Origin: an uncultured Ignatzschineria sp.
Lineage (GTDB): Bacteria; Pseudomonadota; Gammaproteobacteria; Cardiobacteriales; Wohlfahrtiimonadaceae
Length of the DNA: 64,000 bases
Direction: 5' to 3'
Assembly (NCBI GenBank): GCA_945639195.1
Contig: CALZEE010000007.1
Location: 87,210 to 151,209, forward strand
The notes below the pieces were generated by a model that saw nothing but the letters and a program-made list of their open reading frames with translations, ran no database searches and was not told the origin of the DNA. How positions within the stretch are numbered: the first letter of the stretch is position 1; every line of letters begins with the position of its first letter. Positions 9,398 through 24,186 of the stretch are shown in pieces. The translations under genes and the position numbers were made by a program.

Positions 9398-9521
9398 AGT
9401 TTTTAACGGAATCGATTTAATAAATGAATAGGCAGAAAAATGAAAGTAGGGGAGATCATAAAGTAAAAGCCCTTTATGATAAAGGGCTTTTGATGTTTTA
9501 TAGGGATTTTTATAATCCGTA

Positions 9522-9953
9522 TTAACGAACGATCATGATATCGCAAGTTGAGTGACGTAATGTGCTCTCTGAAACAGAACCTACGAACATTCTTTCAACC
9601 ATACCGTAACCTGTTGCGCCCATTACGATAAGATCTGCATTGACTTCTGGTGCAATTTTCTTCGCGATTGCACTTCTTGGTGAACCTTCTTTTTTGAGGG
9701 TTGTTACTTCAGTGATGCCTGCTGCACGTGCTTGTTTTTCAGCTGCTTCCAAGATTTTCTTCGCATTCTCTTCCGCATACTCTTCGAGAGGTTCTCTATA
9801 AGCGATCGCAAGTGAATATGAACGAACATCGATAACGTGTGCGATAACTAATTTACTGCTGTAGAACTTCGCCATTTCGATTGCTCTGTCGAGCGCTTTA
9901 AGGGAAGCTTCTGACCCATCAACGGGGACTAAAATCGTCTTATAGTTACTCAT
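9522..9953 (-). CDS. Universal stress protein (UspA family)
   Basis: RBS AGGAGA 7 nt before the ATG at 9953. MSNYKTILVPVDGSE..., VIAHV and GATGYG fit the Usp fold. Confidence 0.8.
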   Translation of the reverse strand: MSNYKTILVPVDGSEASLKALDRAIEMAKFYSSKLVIAHVIDVRSYSLAIAYREPLEEYAEENAKKILEAAEKQARAAGITEVTTLKKEGSPRSAIAKKIAPEVNADLIVMGATGYGMVERMFVGSVSESTLRHSTCDIMIVR

Positions 9954-10350
9954 AATGGTCTCTCCTAACAAGAATAGTGGATAAAACAGGGTTTAAAAAT
10001 ACGATTAAAAAGATACAAAACAGATTTAAAATATTTAAAAGGCTTTAAAACTGGTTTAGAAATTGATTAAAATAATATTATTTTTATCTTTTCCTTATAT
10101 TGTCATTATACCCAACTTTACGGCTATTTACAGAGGTGCGTGCAAGTAAGTTTCGGAAATAGCTTTTATTTCACTATTTTTTGATAAAGATACGGTTATC
10201 TATCAAGTGGGTTGAAAATGGATAGTTGATGAGAAAAAACCTTAATAGAATCCTATGTGAGAATATCTATTAAGGTTTTTGATTAAGAGAATGATTAATA
10301 CGATCAATAACATCATATTATGACGCTGGCATCATCTCCATTAATAATGA

Positions 10351-11628
10351 TTAACGGCGATAAGTCACGCGCTCTTTCTCATTGAGCATGATATGTGTTT
10401 CTGGCAGGGTTGTTTCCGCTAAAATTTTACCGTGACGAATAGAGTAACGGGTAGGCACTTGACGGCGAAGGGCATCAAAGCCATTTTCTGCCGGCAGAAT
10501 AATACAGTTAGCGGGATTGCCGGCTTCAATGCCGTAATTTTGTAAGTGAAGCGTACGAGCACTATTTTTGGTAATAAGATTTAAGCCGTTATTGAGCTCA
10601 GGATATCCCATCATTTGTCCAACATGCATCCCCATATGAAGAACTTGGAGCATATTCGCGGTTCCAAGTGGATACCAAGGGTCAAAGACATCATCATGCC
10701 CAAAACAGACGTTAAGACCGGCTTTAAGAAGTTCTTTAACGCGTGTCATGCCTCGGCGTTTAGGATAGCTATCAAAGCGTCCTTGAAGATGGATATTTAC
10801 AAGGGGATTGGCAACGAAGTTAATGCCGGAAAGTCTAAAGATTCTAAAAAGGCGTGATGCATAAGCATCGTTATAAGAGCCCATAGCGGTCGTATGGCTT
10901 GCAGTGACTCTTTCGCCGATCTCATCACGGTAGGCGAAGGCGGCAACAGATTCTACAAAGCGCGATTGCTCATCATCAATTTCATCACAGTGAATATCGA
11001 TTAAACGATCATATTTCTTAGCAAGCTCAAACACATATTGGAGTGACTCAACGCCATATTCTCGAGTAAATTCAAAGTGGGGAATACCACCAACCGCATC
11101 AGCGCCCATCTTCATCGCTTCTTCTAAAAGCGCTTTCCCATTAGGGAATGAGAGAATCCCCTCTTGCGGAAAGGCAACGACTTGCACATCGATAAAGTCA
11201 CGAACTTCTTCTTTGAGTTCAAGCATCGCTTTTAGCGCGGTAAGCGTCGGATCAGAAACATCCACATGCGTTCTGACATGCTGAATACCATTCGCAATTT
11301 GCCATTTTAGCGTAGTGAGCGCGCGGTTTTTTACATCTTCATTGCTGAGCATCGCTTTGCGTTCAGCCCAGCGCTCGATCCCTTCAAAGAGCGTTCCCGA
11401 CTCATTCCATTTGGGCTCGCCGGCAGTTTGTGTGGTATCTAGATGAATATGTGGCTCAATAAAAGGCGTGGTTACTAAGCCTTCTTCGGCATCAATGATC
11501 TCAATATCATCACTGAGCTGAAGGTTTTCGCTCATCGGGGAAATTTGGCTAAATTTGCCATCTTTCATCACAATTTGCCAAAGGCCATCTGCGTCTCGAA
11601 GTCGAGCATTTTGAATAACACGGGTCAT
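10351..11628 (-). CDS. codA: Cytosine deaminase
   Basis: 425 aa with extensive identity to E. coli CodA, e.g. [49 protein letters not shown] and [25 protein letters not shown]. Confidence 0.95.
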   Translation of the reverse strand: MTRVIQNARLRDADGLWQIVMKDGKFSQISPMSENLQLSDDIEIIDAEEGLVTTPFIEPHIHLDTTQTAGEPKWNESGTLFEGIERWAERKAMLSNEDVKNRALTTLKWQIANGIQHVRTHVDVSDPTLTALKAMLELKEEVRDFIDVQVVAFPQEGILSFPNGKALLEEAMKMGADAVGGIPHFEFTREYGVESLQYVFELAKKYDRLIDIHCDEIDDEQSRFVESVAAFAYRDEIGERVTASHTTAMGSYNDAYASRLFRIFRLSGINFVANPLVNIHLQGRFDSYPKRRGMTRVKELLKAGLNVCFGHDDVFDPWYPLGTANMLQVLHMGMHVGQMMGYPELNNGLNLITKNSARTLHLQNYGIEAGNPANCIILPAENGFDALRRQVPTRYSIRHGKILAETTLPETHIMLNEKERVTYRR

Positions 11629-11639
11629 ATAGAGTCCTT

Positions 11640-12869
11640 TTATTTAATATGGTTGCGCGCGCCGATTGTTTTCTCAAGCACGACATAGGTAATGAGGCTG
11701 GCGACTACTGAGTTTACAGGGACGATTCCGTTCAAAGTATAGCTCGCAACAACGCCGGCAATGACAGTGATGATAGCATTCCAGTTAATGAAAGTAGCAT
11801 TCATCTCGGTCAAGTTTTGATAGCGCTGACGATTCATAAAGAAGTCGATAATGAGAATTGTACCGATTGGAGGAATCGCAGATGACAAGAAGACCAACCA
11901 GCCGACAAAGTTATTATAGAGCCAGAGTGAGGAGATGGTTCCGATGACGCCAAGGATCATGGAGAGTTTGCGGCTAGAAATGCCGGTAATGCTTGAAAAA
12001 CCAAGACCAGATGCATAGAGCGCATTGTTATTTGTGGTCCAGATATTTAAGCCTAAAATGATAATTGCCGGGATAATTAATCCTTGAACGAGCATCACAT
12101 CAAAGATATCGGCTTTACCGAGCGCTAAGGTTCCCATTGCGCCGAAGATAAACATGAGGGAGTTTCCGATAAAGAACGCAAGCACGGCAACGATAATGGC
12201 AGTTTTTGCATTTTTACCAAAGCGTAAGAAGTCAGCGGTTAAACTACCGGCACTAATGAATGAGCCAATGACGATGCTAAGCGCACTCGCCATCGTTAAG
12301 GGATCTGTTGGCTCAATGAGCGAGAGCGCTTCAATGCCGCCAACGCCATCGACTGCTTTCCAGACGGAGTAAGTGCCGAGAATCGTCATTGAGGGAACGG
12401 CGAGGATAGAGAGTGCGGCAATTGCTGAGATGCCAAAGTACATCGTAGCCGTCATCATTGCGCCGGCAAGCACAATAAGGAGATAGATATTGATGCCTGT
12501 TACTTTACTCACAGGAATAACGAACATCGCGACCCCTACGCCAAACCAACCGACCTGCGTACCAGCGAGTAAGAAAGAGGGAAGCCAAGCTCCGCGGCGA
12601 CCAAAAGAGTAACGTGCTAAAAGATGGGTTGTAAGGCCTGTTTTGACGCCGATGTAGCCAAGAAGGGCGGTGTAGATCGCGAGGAACGCATTACCAAGTA
12701 AGATGACAATAAAGAAGTCATTGAGATTAAGCCCCGCACCGACGCGGCCACCGGCAAGCATACTTGCTGAGAAGAAGGTTAAACCTAACATGATAAAGGC
12801 GAGGGATAGCAAGCTTTTGCGTTGGCTAGGCGGCACAATTCCTTGGCTGAAATTGACATCTGTAGACAT
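11640..12869 (-). CDS. codB: Cytosine permease, first gene of the codBA operon
   Basis: 409 aa. [55 protein letters not shown] and [10 protein letters not shown] are near-identical to E. coli CodB. Confidence 0.95.
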   Translation of the reverse strand: MSTDVNFSQGIVPPSQRKSLLSLAFIMLGLTFFSASMLAGGRVGAGLNLNDFFIVILLGNAFLAIYTALLGYIGVKTGLTTHLLARYSFGRRGAWLPSFLLAGTQVGWFGVGVAMFVIPVSKVTGINIYLLIVLAGAMMTATMYFGISAIAALSILAVPSMTILGTYSVWKAVDGVGGIEALSLIEPTDPLTMASALSIVIGSFISAGSLTADFLRFGKNAKTAIIVAVLAFFIGNSLMFIFGAMGTLALGKADIFDVMLVQGLIIPAIIILGLNIWTTNNNALYASGLGFSSITGISSRKLSMILGVIGTISSLWLYNNFVGWLVFLSSAIPPIGTILIIDFFMNRQRYQNLTEMNATFINWNAIITVIAGVVASYTLNGIVPVNSVVASLITYVVLEKTIGARNHIK

Positions 12870-13200
12870 CTGTTCACTCCGTATAGTGGTTCATTTGATT
12901 TGAACTGAGATAAGTTCTTGATATAGAAAGTTTGTTGCCTTTGTTGTAATGCTATTCGCTAACTGTTCACCGGGCACAAAACTTTCTTATCTTAAAGGTT
13001 TTTAGAAAAAAGGTAAGATTTTTTTCAGGGTTTTTTTCTAAAAAACAGTCAAAAATAGCGCTTCAATGCGAGATTATTGCCGATAATCAAAATATTAGCG
13101 GACATATCCCCTGATTGATGAAAGGTCGTATAAATAGTGCGCATAGTGTTCGAGGGTTCTTGGAAATGCCGGGAAAAGAGCATAGCAGAAGTTCTAGGGA

Positions 13201-13238
13201 GATTAAAAAAGCCCAATATCGGTAAAGATATTGGGCTA
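13201..13238 (-). terminator. Rho-independent terminator of gapA
   Basis: 11-bp stem AGCCCAATATC/GATATTGGGCT, followed on the minus strand by TTTTTT. Confidence 0.7.
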
Positions 13239-13304
13239 TATAGATCTGAATTTAAGCGAGATTGAAATAGGCAATCTCTAGATCTGTGATGTTTATCTCA
13301 GCAA

Positions 13305-14351
<1,047 letters not shown>

Positions 14352-14550
14352 TCAAGGGATTATTACGCCATGATCAACAATGGATGCTTACTTTTGCATG
14401 GCGTAATGTTACTAAAACGGATTACCAATAATAAAACTTCAAAACTTTAATGGCTCGATTATACAGATTGTTAAGGTTCTTTCATGGCGCAAAATCATCC
14501 GCTTTCAAGGAACTTGCTTAACCCGCTGAACCTAAAGTAATATTTGAACC

Positions 14551-16044
14551 TTATGCTTGATAGTTTTTGATGAAATCAAGTAAGAGTGGAACAGGACGCG
14601 CTGTTGCACCTTTCTCTTTACCTGATGTCCATGCAGTACCTGCCACATCTAAATGCACCCAAGGCGTCTCTTCTACGAAGCGCTCAAGGAAGCATGCTGC
14701 CGTAATAGAGCCAGCACCGCGTCCACCACTGATATTGCCCATGTCTGCAAAGTTTGAATCAAGCATTGGTTGGAAAATATCGTTCCAGATTGGGAATTCC
14801 CAAACGTGGTCACGTGTGACTTCAGCAGAAGCGCGAAGTTTTGCAGTTAATGCGTCATTATTACTGAAAAGACCAGATACTTCATGGCCTAAAGCAACGA
14901 TGATTGCGCCTGTTAAGGTGGCAATATCAACAATCGCTTTTGGCTTAAATTGTGTCGCATAGGTGAGCGCATCACAAAGGATAAGGCGACCTTCTGCGTC
15001 AGTGTTTAGGATTTCAATGGTTTGGCCAGACATTGAGGTCACAACATCACCAGGTTTTACGGCATTGCCTGATGGCATATTTTCTGTTGCTGGAATAAAG
15101 CCGATTACATTCGTTTTGATGTTGAGTTCAGCGAGTGCACGGAATGTTCCAAGTACAGAAGCTGCGCCGCCCATGTCGTATTTCATCTCATCCATGGCTG
15201 CGCCTGGTTTGAGTGAGATACCGCCGGTGTCAAATGTTACACCTTTACCAACGAGCGCGATAGGTGCTTCATCTTTGTTCGCATCATGGAGGTATTCAAG
15301 CACGATAAAGCGAGGTTCTTCAGCAGAACCTTGTGCAACTGCTAAGAATGACCCCATTTTAAGCGCTTCGATTTCTGATTTTTTAAGCACTGTGACTTTA
15401 ATGCTAGGGAACTCTTTACCAAGGGCAATCGCAGTTTCACCAAGGTCTGTTGGTGTCATCATGTTTGCCGGCATATTCGCAAGGTCTTTTGTTAAAGACA
15501 TCCCGTTTACTAATGCTTGGCCGTAAGCGACTGCATCAGATACGTCTTGGTCTGCATTTTCATCAAGGATGATGATGCTGTTAAGATCAAGCGCTTTTAC
15601 CGCCTCTTTTTTTGGTGCTGCAAATTGATAAAGTACATCGCCGATTGCTTGGGTTAATACCGCAATAGAAACGGCTTTACGCTTGCATTGTTGCAAGAGT
15701 GAGAAGGTCAGGCTTTTGATGGGGGTTGATTTAGCCCAGCGAGTGACGCTTTGTGCAACTTTACGAACCACATCAAGCGAGTATTTCTCTTCTTTACCAA
15801 GACCAACAATGACAAGGCGTTTAGCATTGATGCCAGTAAGCCCCATAAGCGGGAGGATTTCGCCAGCTTTCCCGCTGATATCGCCACTTGCGAGAAGCGC
15901 AGATAATTGGCCATTTAATTTAGCATCAAGCGTTGCAGCATTGGCAGTGAGTTTGCCCTCAAATGCACCGACCACAAGACAATCAGTGACATGTGCGTCA
16001 AGGGCATCTTTAGATACTTGGAAAGTCATTTTATTAATACTCAT
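14551..16044 (-). CDS. pepA: Leucyl aminopeptidase (M17 cytosol aminopeptidase)
   Basis: 497 aa with the M17 signature NTDAEGRLILCDALTYA and VGKGVTFDTGGISLKP. Confidence 0.9.
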   Translation of the reverse strand: MSINKMTFQVSKDALDAHVTDCLVVGAFEGKLTANAATLDAKLNGQLSALLASGDISGKAGEILPLMGLTGINAKRLVIVGLGKEEKYSLDVVRKVAQSVTRWAKSTPIKSLTFSLLQQCKRKAVSIAVLTQAIGDVLYQFAAPKKEAVKALDLNSIIILDENADQDVSDAVAYGQALVNGMSLTKDLANMPANMMTPTDLGETAIALGKEFPSIKVTVLKKSEIEALKMGSFLAVAQGSAEEPRFIVLEYLHDANKDEAPIALVGKGVTFDTGGISLKPGAAMDEMKYDMGGAASVLGTFRALAELNIKTNVIGFIPATENMPSGNAVKPGDVVTSMSGQTIEILNTDAEGRLILCDALTYATQFKPKAIVDIATLTGAIIVALGHEVSGLFSNNDALTAKLRASAEVTRDHVWEFPIWNDIFQPMLDSNFADMGNISGGRGAGSITAACFLERFVEETPWVHLDVAGTAWTSGKEKGATARPVPLLLDFIKNYQA

Positions 16045-16150
16045 TATTTATTCCTTATTAACGGTGATTTAAATGATGTGAAACGAATGATGCAAAAGTG
16101 TTTTTAAAGCGGTTTAAATTCTACAATGACATCATTATGTAACTTATTAG

Positions 16151-16483
16151 TTAGTGTGAGTTTAACCACACTCCTGACGCGATCTTTTGATCAGAAAAGG
16201 CGTGCGCTAGAGATGCGTTATTACGAGAGGAGATGTGATTAGATCTTCCGGTTACACCTTCTAAGAAAGAATGGAGATGGGAAGTAAACGCTATGTTTTT
16301 TGGAAGAAGCGTATTGACTTGTGTGCCTGCTTCTTGCCAGATATCAGCAACGATTTTAACTTCAGAAGTTGAGGCTAGGTCACAAAGTGTTTTAAGAGAG
16401 CCTGTCATGTTGTCTAAATCGACCTCATTCCTTTGGCAACTTTGGGTCTGAATATAAAAGTTTTTATATTGGGATGTAGCCAT
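16151..16483 (-). CDS. Hypothetical 110-aa ORF upstream of pepA. It may be non-coding.
   Basis: Open frame only. No SD sequence and no recognisable motifs. Confidence 0.2.
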   Translation of the reverse strand: MATSQYKNFYIQTQSCQRNEVDLDNMTGSLKTLCDLASTSEVKIVADIWQEAGTQVNTLLPKNIAFTSHLHSFLEGVTGRSNHISSRNNASLAHAFSDQKIASGVWLNSH

Positions 16484-16889
16484 ATTGTTTACTTAAATCT
16501 CACAAGTTAGATTTCGATAATTTTATCGCCCCATTTTAGCCTATTTTTTGGGGAAAATCAGGTTACTTTCTTGTCGATTCCCTGAAAATCCCGAAATAGT
16601 GTGAATGTATCTGTTGTTTAAAACAGAATATGTAGTGTTATTGTTGCTTTATCTACTTTCACTGTGCTCGTAATATCATGGGGATAGATCTTTGAAACTC
16701 AAGCTAAGCGGAATATTTGGTAATAAAGGGATGATTAGATGCGTATATAACGCCGAGATCGAGATAAGGTCATTGTGTACGAAGTACCAAATTATTATGA
16801 TTGCGCAATAAGGCTTAAGGGTTGATTGTCTCCAGTGTCGGCGAATATGGTGGATAGAAAGGTGTTGGCGTCATAATGCATACAGATAT

Positions 16890-16926
16890 AAAAAAACAGC
16901 GTACTTTATGCAAGAGCGCTGTTTTA
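16890..16926 (-). terminator. Hairpin terminator downstream of pgeF
   Basis: AACAGCG-loop-CGCTGTT flanked by A and T runs. Confidence 0.6.
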
Positions 16927-16966
16927 AAGATGTTTTTAGCCATTTGATCGAGCGATAGAGGCGCGA

Positions 16967-17791
16967 TTATATCTGTCTGTTTATCGAATCATCAATCCAG
17001 ATAAAACTCGCCATTCGTCCAGAGCGATTCCCATCTCTGCGATAAGAGTAAAAATACTCAGGATCACTGTAGGTGCAGAGATCGCCGCCATAAATCTGGC
17101 TTTCTGGCACGCCAAGATTACGAAGTCTCAAGCGTGCAAGTTCATAAATATCGGCATAGAGTTTGCCGGCATTCACCGATGGGATAAAGAGTCCTTCAGG
17201 ATTGCGTTCCGCTTCCGGCAATTGATGCAGTAACGTATTGCGATAACGGAAGGCAGAGGCTACTTCTGGGCCAATCTCAAACGCCTTCTGTGAGATCGCA
17301 GGACCCAGCCAAACAAAGAGCTCTTCTGGATTTTCATCAAGCATTGAAACGCTATTTTCGATGATATCCATCAAGAGCGAACGCCAACCAGCATGAATCC
17401 CTGATACGATTGTCTCTTTGCGGTTTGCAATGAGGACGGGCAAGCAATCTGCGGTTAAGATCACAGAGGGCGTATTCGCTTGATCTGTATAAGAGGCATC
17501 GGCACCCGCATGATTCCACTCAGGCATTATCGGAACACAGAGATTGGAATGAATCTGTGTTAGATAGAACGAATTATGCGGGATCTTAAGTGTGCGGTAG
17601 AGCAGATCTCTATTGGCATTCACATCTTGAGGGTTGTCAGCAGTGCTGAGACCGAAATTAAGGCCTGCAAAATCGCCAACGCTCACGCCCCCTTTACGAG
17701 TTGTCGTAAAAGCTTTAATACGCGAAGAGAGTGGCCAGTTTGGACCGACCACCTCAATCCCAGTGATGGGGTCTTTAATTATCTTGCTCAT
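16967..17791 (-). CDS. pgeF: Purine nucleoside phosphorylase/laccase-domain protein YfiH (PgeF)
   Basis: DUF152 motifs TTRKGGVS, NRDLL and QIHS; same position after rluD as in E. coli. Start placed at MSKII to match E. coli YfiH; the listed ORF extends 13 codons further upstream. Confidence 0.8.
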   Translation of the reverse strand: MSKIIKDPITGIEVVGPNWPLSSRIKAFTTTRKGGVSVGDFAGLNFGLSTADNPQDVNANRDLLYRTLKIPHNSFYLTQIHSNLCVPIMPEWNHAGADASYTDQANTPSVILTADCLPVLIANRKETIVSGIHAGWRSLLMDIIENSVSMLDENPEELFVWLGPAISQKAFEIGPEVASAFRYRNTLLHQLPEAERNPEGLFIPSVNAGKLYADIYELARLRLRNLGVPESQIYGGDLCTYSDPEYFYSYRRDGNRSGRMASFIWIDDSINRQI

Positions 17792-18767
17792 AGATGATGC
17801 TTTCATCACGAATTGCCTCAACAAGCGCATTCATATCGTTAGGATAAGGTTGTTCAAAATAGAGCTCTTCGCCCGTACGAGGGTGTGTAAGACCAATCGC
17901 AAAGGCATGAAGCGCTTGGCGTTTGAAGCCGCGAAGAACATTTTCCGCATGCTGCCCAAATTTCTTAGGAAGCTTAAGGCGCGCACCATAATCACTATCG
18001 CCCACGATAGGGTAGTTGATATGTTGCATATGGACACGAATCTGATGTGTACGACCCGTTTCAAGTTGCGCTTCTACTAAGGTGTGCGCTCTAAAACGTT
18101 CTTTCACACGAAGATGCGTAATCGCCTCTTTGCCTTCGTTGTTACCATCTTCATCGGTTTCTGTGACCCACATATGTTTTCTACGATAAGGGTTACGACC
18201 CATGGGTGCATCAATGGTGCGACCAGAGATAAGTTCGCCAATTACAAGCGCATGATAGATACGGGTTGGTAAACGTTCTTTAAATTGTTCGAAAAGTGCT
18301 TCTTCCGTTTCACTATTTTTAGCAACAACGAGTAAACCCGATGTTTCTTTGTCTAAACGATGGACAATGCCGGCACGTGATAAACAGGCAAGTGCAGGGC
18401 AATGATGAAGGAGTGCATTTGCTAAAGTCCCCATGTTATTGCCGGCTCCAGGATGCACGACCATGCCCGCGGGCTTGTTAATAATCATGAGATCTTCGTC
18501 TTCAAAGAGGATTTCAAGATCCATTTTTTGCGCGGTAATGACATCGTCATCTGAATTTTCTTCAACTGTTAGTTGAATAATATCGTCAATAGATACATTA
18601 TCTCTAGGGCGTGGAACTTCTCCATTGAGAAGAACATCTCCACTTTTTATAAGCTTTTGAGCTTGGCTTCGAGAGAGTGCGGTATGGAGTACTGGAAGGA
18701 TAACATCAATGCGTTGTCCATCTAAATGCTCGGGAACTGTTAACGTAAAAGTTTCTGAATGTTTCAT
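17775..18767 (-). CDS. rluD: 23S rRNA pseudouridine(1911/1915/1917) synthase
   Basis: 330 aa. N-terminal S4-like region, HRLDKETSGLLVVAKN catalytic motif. Divergent from bamD as in enterobacteria. Confidence 0.9.
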   Translation of the reverse strand: MKHSETFTLTVPEHLDGQRIDVILPVLHTALSRSQAQKLIKSGDVLLNGEVPRPRDNVSIDDIIQLTVEENSDDDVITAQKMDLEILFEDEDLMIINKPAGMVVHPGAGNNMGTLANALLHHCPALACLSRAGIVHRLDKETSGLLVVAKNSETEEALFEQFKERLPTRIYHALVIGELISGRTIDAPMGRNPYRRKHMWVTETDEDGNNEGKEAITHLRVKERFRAHTLVEAQLETGRTHQIRVHMQHINYPIVGDSDYGARLKLPKKFGQHAENVLRGFKRQALHAFAIGLTHPRTGEELYFEQPYPNDMNALVEAIRDESIIYEQDN

Positions 18768-18824
18768 AATATATCTGTATAATCTCGAAGAATTAATTCA
18801 ATTTGTTGGACCTATAGTAATAAA

Positions 18825-19637
18825 ATGAAAGCGAAAACACTAAAATTTTTTATGGTTTTGATCTCAGCGGGTATTATTACTGCGTGTGGATCATCTTCTG
18901 TGAAGAAAGAAGACAAATATTTTGTCATGACCGGGCAAGATCTTTTGGCGGAAGGCGATAAAAACCTTGAAGGCGCAAGTTACGAAGTAGCTGTCCAGCA
19001 TTATGAAGCTATTGAGGCAAGATTCCCGCATACAAGTTTAGCGGAACAAGCAAAACTCAATAAGATCTATGCTCATTATCATGATAGACAGCATGATAAG
19101 GCGTTAAAAGAGATTGTGGAGTTTACCAGACTCTACCCTAATCATGAAAGCATTGATTATCTCTTTTATATGCAAGGACTCATCAACTTTGACCGTGCAC
19201 GATCTATCTTAGATAAATTATTGCCGCCTGATCGCTCAAAAGTGGATCAGAATCAGATGCGTGATTCATTAGCCTCATTTATGACGGTTGTTGAAAAGTA
19301 TCCTGATGGCGAGTATGCAGAAGATTCTGCGAAGCGTATTATCTATCTTCGAAATTTATTAGCAGAAGCGGAGATCCATAAAGCAAACTTCTACCTTGAA
19401 AGACACGCATATGTGGGCGCGATTAATCGTGCACAATATGTGCTCGATAACTATGACGCTACAACGTCAGTATCAACTGCGCTCTATATTCAAGCAAAGG
19501 CCTATCAAGCACTTGGCTTGCCTGAGCTCTCTGAAAAGGTAGTGGATGTTCTCCGCTTTAACTTCCCTTATGATGCGAGATTGCCAGAATTTGGTCATGC
19601 AAATACGCCAAGAGGGGAGATGAGTGAATCCGAATAA
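18825..19637 (+). CDS. bamD: Outer-membrane protein assembly factor BamD (YfiO), a TPR lipoprotein
   Basis: 270 aa. Lipobox ITAC, TPR-like repeats. Conserved position divergent from rluD. Confidence 0.85.
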   Translation: MKAKTLKFFMVLISAGIITACGSSSVKKEDKYFVMTGQDLLAEGDKNLEGASYEVAVQHYEAIEARFPHTSLAEQAKLNKIYAHYHDRQHDKALKEIVEFTRLYPNHESIDYLFYMQGLINFDRARSILDKLLPPDRSKVDQNQMRDSLASFMTVVEKYPDGEYAEDSAKRIIYLRNLLAEAEIHKANFYLERHAYVGAINRAQYVLDNYDATTSVSTALYIQAKAYQALGLPELSEKVVDVLRFNFPYDARLPEFGHANTPRGEMSESE

Positions 19638-19743
19638 ATCTGTTCCGGGTTCAGAACGAGATTTTAAATTTGATCTTGCCTGTCTGTGGTTCTAAAATAA
19701 CAAGATCAAATTTTAACTCACTTACGTAAAAGAAAGACGCATT

Positions 19744-21033
19744 ATGATAATCCTAACACTCTACCGAGTTTTGTGGTGGCTATTACTACCAGGGATCATC
19801 ACGATGCGTTTTTTTCGTGATTGGCGTTCTCCGCTTGGTGTACAAGGTTTTTGGAAGCGTTTTGGGTTTCATGACGTGGCGCCAGCAGATCTCTTGATAC
19901 ATGCGGTGTCTCTTGGAGAAGTCCGTGCGGTCACTCCGCTTGTAAAACGCCTGTTACACGAGAACCCCACGCAAAAAATACTTTTTACTGCGACAACATT
20001 AACGGGAAGTGAGCAGATTCAACGCTCTTTTAGTGCTGCGCTTGAAAGCGGTCAATTGAGTCATACTTATCTCCCGCTTGATTTTGGTCCATCGGTGGCG
20101 CGTTTTCTTAAAAAAGTGTCGCCCAAGGCGATTCTCATTATGGAAACTGAGATTTGGCCAAACCTTATTCATCAGGCGAAGAAACAACAAATCCCTCTTT
20201 TAATTATTAGTGCATGTCTATCTGATCGCTCGTATCGCCGTTATCAAAAAATTCGTAAAACCATCCGTTATCTTTTAAGCAGTGTTGAAGTCCTGGCTCA
20301 AACGGATGAAGACGTATTACGCTTTGAAGTGCTTGGCGTTAAATCCGCAATGAGAATGGGTAATATCAAATATGATTTAGTTGTGCCGGACGTTGTGTAT
20401 GAGCGTCTCGCCCAATTTAATGAATGTCGTTTACCCAATTCAATCTACTGGATTGCGGCAAGCACCCATGAAGAAGAGGAAGAGATTATGATCGAAGCCT
20501 TTATTCGTGCACGTCGTGCTGTCCCTGAATTAAAGCTTATTTTAGCGCCTCGCCATCCTGAGCGTTTCCAAGAAGTAAAATCGCTCTTAGAAGAGTATGT
20601 GGATGCTCATAATTTTAAACTCTCAGTAAGAAGCGAGGGCACGTTGTATGATCTCTCGCCGGAAGCAGACATTTGGTTGATTGATACGCTTGGAGAGCTG
20701 CTTCTTTTCTATGCATTTGCGGATATGGCGGTTGTTGGCGGAAGTTTTGTGCCGATTGGTGGGCATAATATTTTAGAGCCCGCATATTTCTCAAAGCCGA
20801 TTATTGTGGGTCCATTTATGGATGAAAATCGAGAAATTATGCAGCGATTTTTAGAGAATCAGGCGATTATGCAGACGGATAGTGAGAAGTTATCAAGGCT
20901 GGTCAAAAATATTGCGAGCAATGCAGATGACCGCGAACATTACGGAAAAGCTGCATTTAAAACGATGGCAGAGAATCAAGGCGCCGTTGACGTCGTTGTT
21001 GAGAAGCTTGATGCGATGATTTCTCGTAATTAA
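19744..21033 (+). CDS. waaA: 3-deoxy-D-manno-octulosonic acid (Kdo) transferase
   Basis: 429 aa. The N-terminus aligns with E. coli WaaA (WGERYGF vs WKRFGFHD) and carries the HAVSLGE motif. Confidence 0.85.
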   Translation: MIILTLYRVLWWLLLPGIITMRFFRDWRSPLGVQGFWKRFGFHDVAPADLLIHAVSLGEVRAVTPLVKRLLHENPTQKILFTATTLTGSEQIQRSFSAALESGQLSHTYLPLDFGPSVARFLKKVSPKAILIMETEIWPNLIHQAKKQQIPLLIISACLSDRSYRRYQKIRKTIRYLLSSVEVLAQTDEDVLRFEVLGVKSAMRMGNIKYDLVVPDVVYERLAQFNECRLPNSIYWIAASTHEEEEEIMIEAFIRARRAVPELKLILAPRHPERFQEVKSLLEEYVDAHNFKLSVRSEGTLYDLSPEADIWLIDTLGELLLFYAFADMAVVGGSFVPIGGHNILEPAYFSKPIIVGPFMDENREIMQRFLENQAIMQTDSEKLSRLVKNIASNADDREHYGKAAFKTMAENQGAVDVVVEKLDAMISRN

Positions 21034-21553
21034 GACAGTGGCTCACGATTACCTTTGATATTATTGATGTTGGTAGGCTGTCTAGCGCCTCTATTTTTTA
21101 AGGCTTATCTGTTATTTGCAGAGATCTTATCATAAGAGAAATAGTGCGAATTGAATGCTCAGACGATTTAATTCGGTGATTTTGCGTTACATCCTCATAT
21201 GTTGCTTCAAACATCGATAAAAGTACTTTAAGTCCGTTTTAATGATTGCTGAAGCTTTAATGATTCTTTCTAGATCATTGTAATAATCCCTATCTTATTT
21301 ACTTTTACGAGCTGATTTGCCTAAGCGCATTCATCTCTTATATACTGCCTGAGATGATTGATTACAAGGTGCTTTAATAAACTACGGACACTGATATAAA
21401 AATAGGATGTATTCGTAAAAAAATAATAAGCCCATTAGCCCTTGGTCTAAAAGATTTTACAGTATGCGTGGCAAGAGGTGGGTGAATAGTCTTGCGTTAC
21501 GTGTACGGTTTTACATTAAGTAAGTATTCGTTTTAACATTTTTAATATTTTAA

Positions 21554-23797
<2,244 letters not shown>

Positions 23798-23873
23798 CTG
23801 TTTTACCTCTATTGAGATATCCTCTTCTTTCTAAGGATTGTTGAGAGTAAAATCTAATAGATCATGTTAGATA

Positions 23874-23913
23874 AACACGAATAATGACTTCCATCGTTAT
23901 TCGTGTTTTTTTT
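23874..23913 (+). terminator. Rho-independent terminator of icd
   Basis: 10-bp stem ACACGAATAA/TTATTCGTGT followed by TTTTTTTT. Confidence 0.75.
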
Positions 23914-23921
23914 GTGTAAAA

Positions 23922-23940
23922 AATCATAATGATGATTAAT
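23922..23940. promoter_or_regulatory. Candidate Fur box upstream of the TonB-dependent receptor. A second weaker candidate lies at 24066-24086.
   Basis: AATCATAATGATGATTAAT resembles GATAATGATAATCATTATC. The downstream genes are heme-related. Confidence 0.4.
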
Positions 23941-24186
23941 TTTTAGGAAGTATTGAATTTATGGCACAACTAATAGATCTTTTTATAGTGTTATTTTTTT
24001 AGTTTTTGGAAATGAATCAATAGGATGAGAATTCCTGTGATGAGTTTAAGGTTATTTAAATGAAAGTAATAATTAAATGATATTAGTTCTTATTTGAAAG
24101 GGGGGATGATAGCGCGTAGAATCTCTGTCCTCGATGGAAAATATTTGTTATTTTTTGATCTTAAATGACCACAGGAAAGGAATCTC

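Noticed and set aside
14567-16072. Three long + strand ORFs (131, 187 and 129 aa) across the pepA region
   Set aside because: All are antisense to pepA, which has unmistakable M17 motifs. They are Ser/Ala/Pro-rich, typical antisense-frame artefacts.
16484-16966. 480-bp ORF-free region between the hypothetical ORF and pgeF as an ncRNA or tRNA locus
   Set aside because: No tRNA-like T-arm/GTTCGA motifs and no conserved structure beyond the pgeF terminator hairpin at 16890-16926. It was left unannotated.
17634-18080. 148-aa + ORF, and 77-aa and 73-aa ORFs, over rluD/pgeF
   Set aside because: Antisense to or overlapping well-supported rluD and pgeF, with no independent signals.
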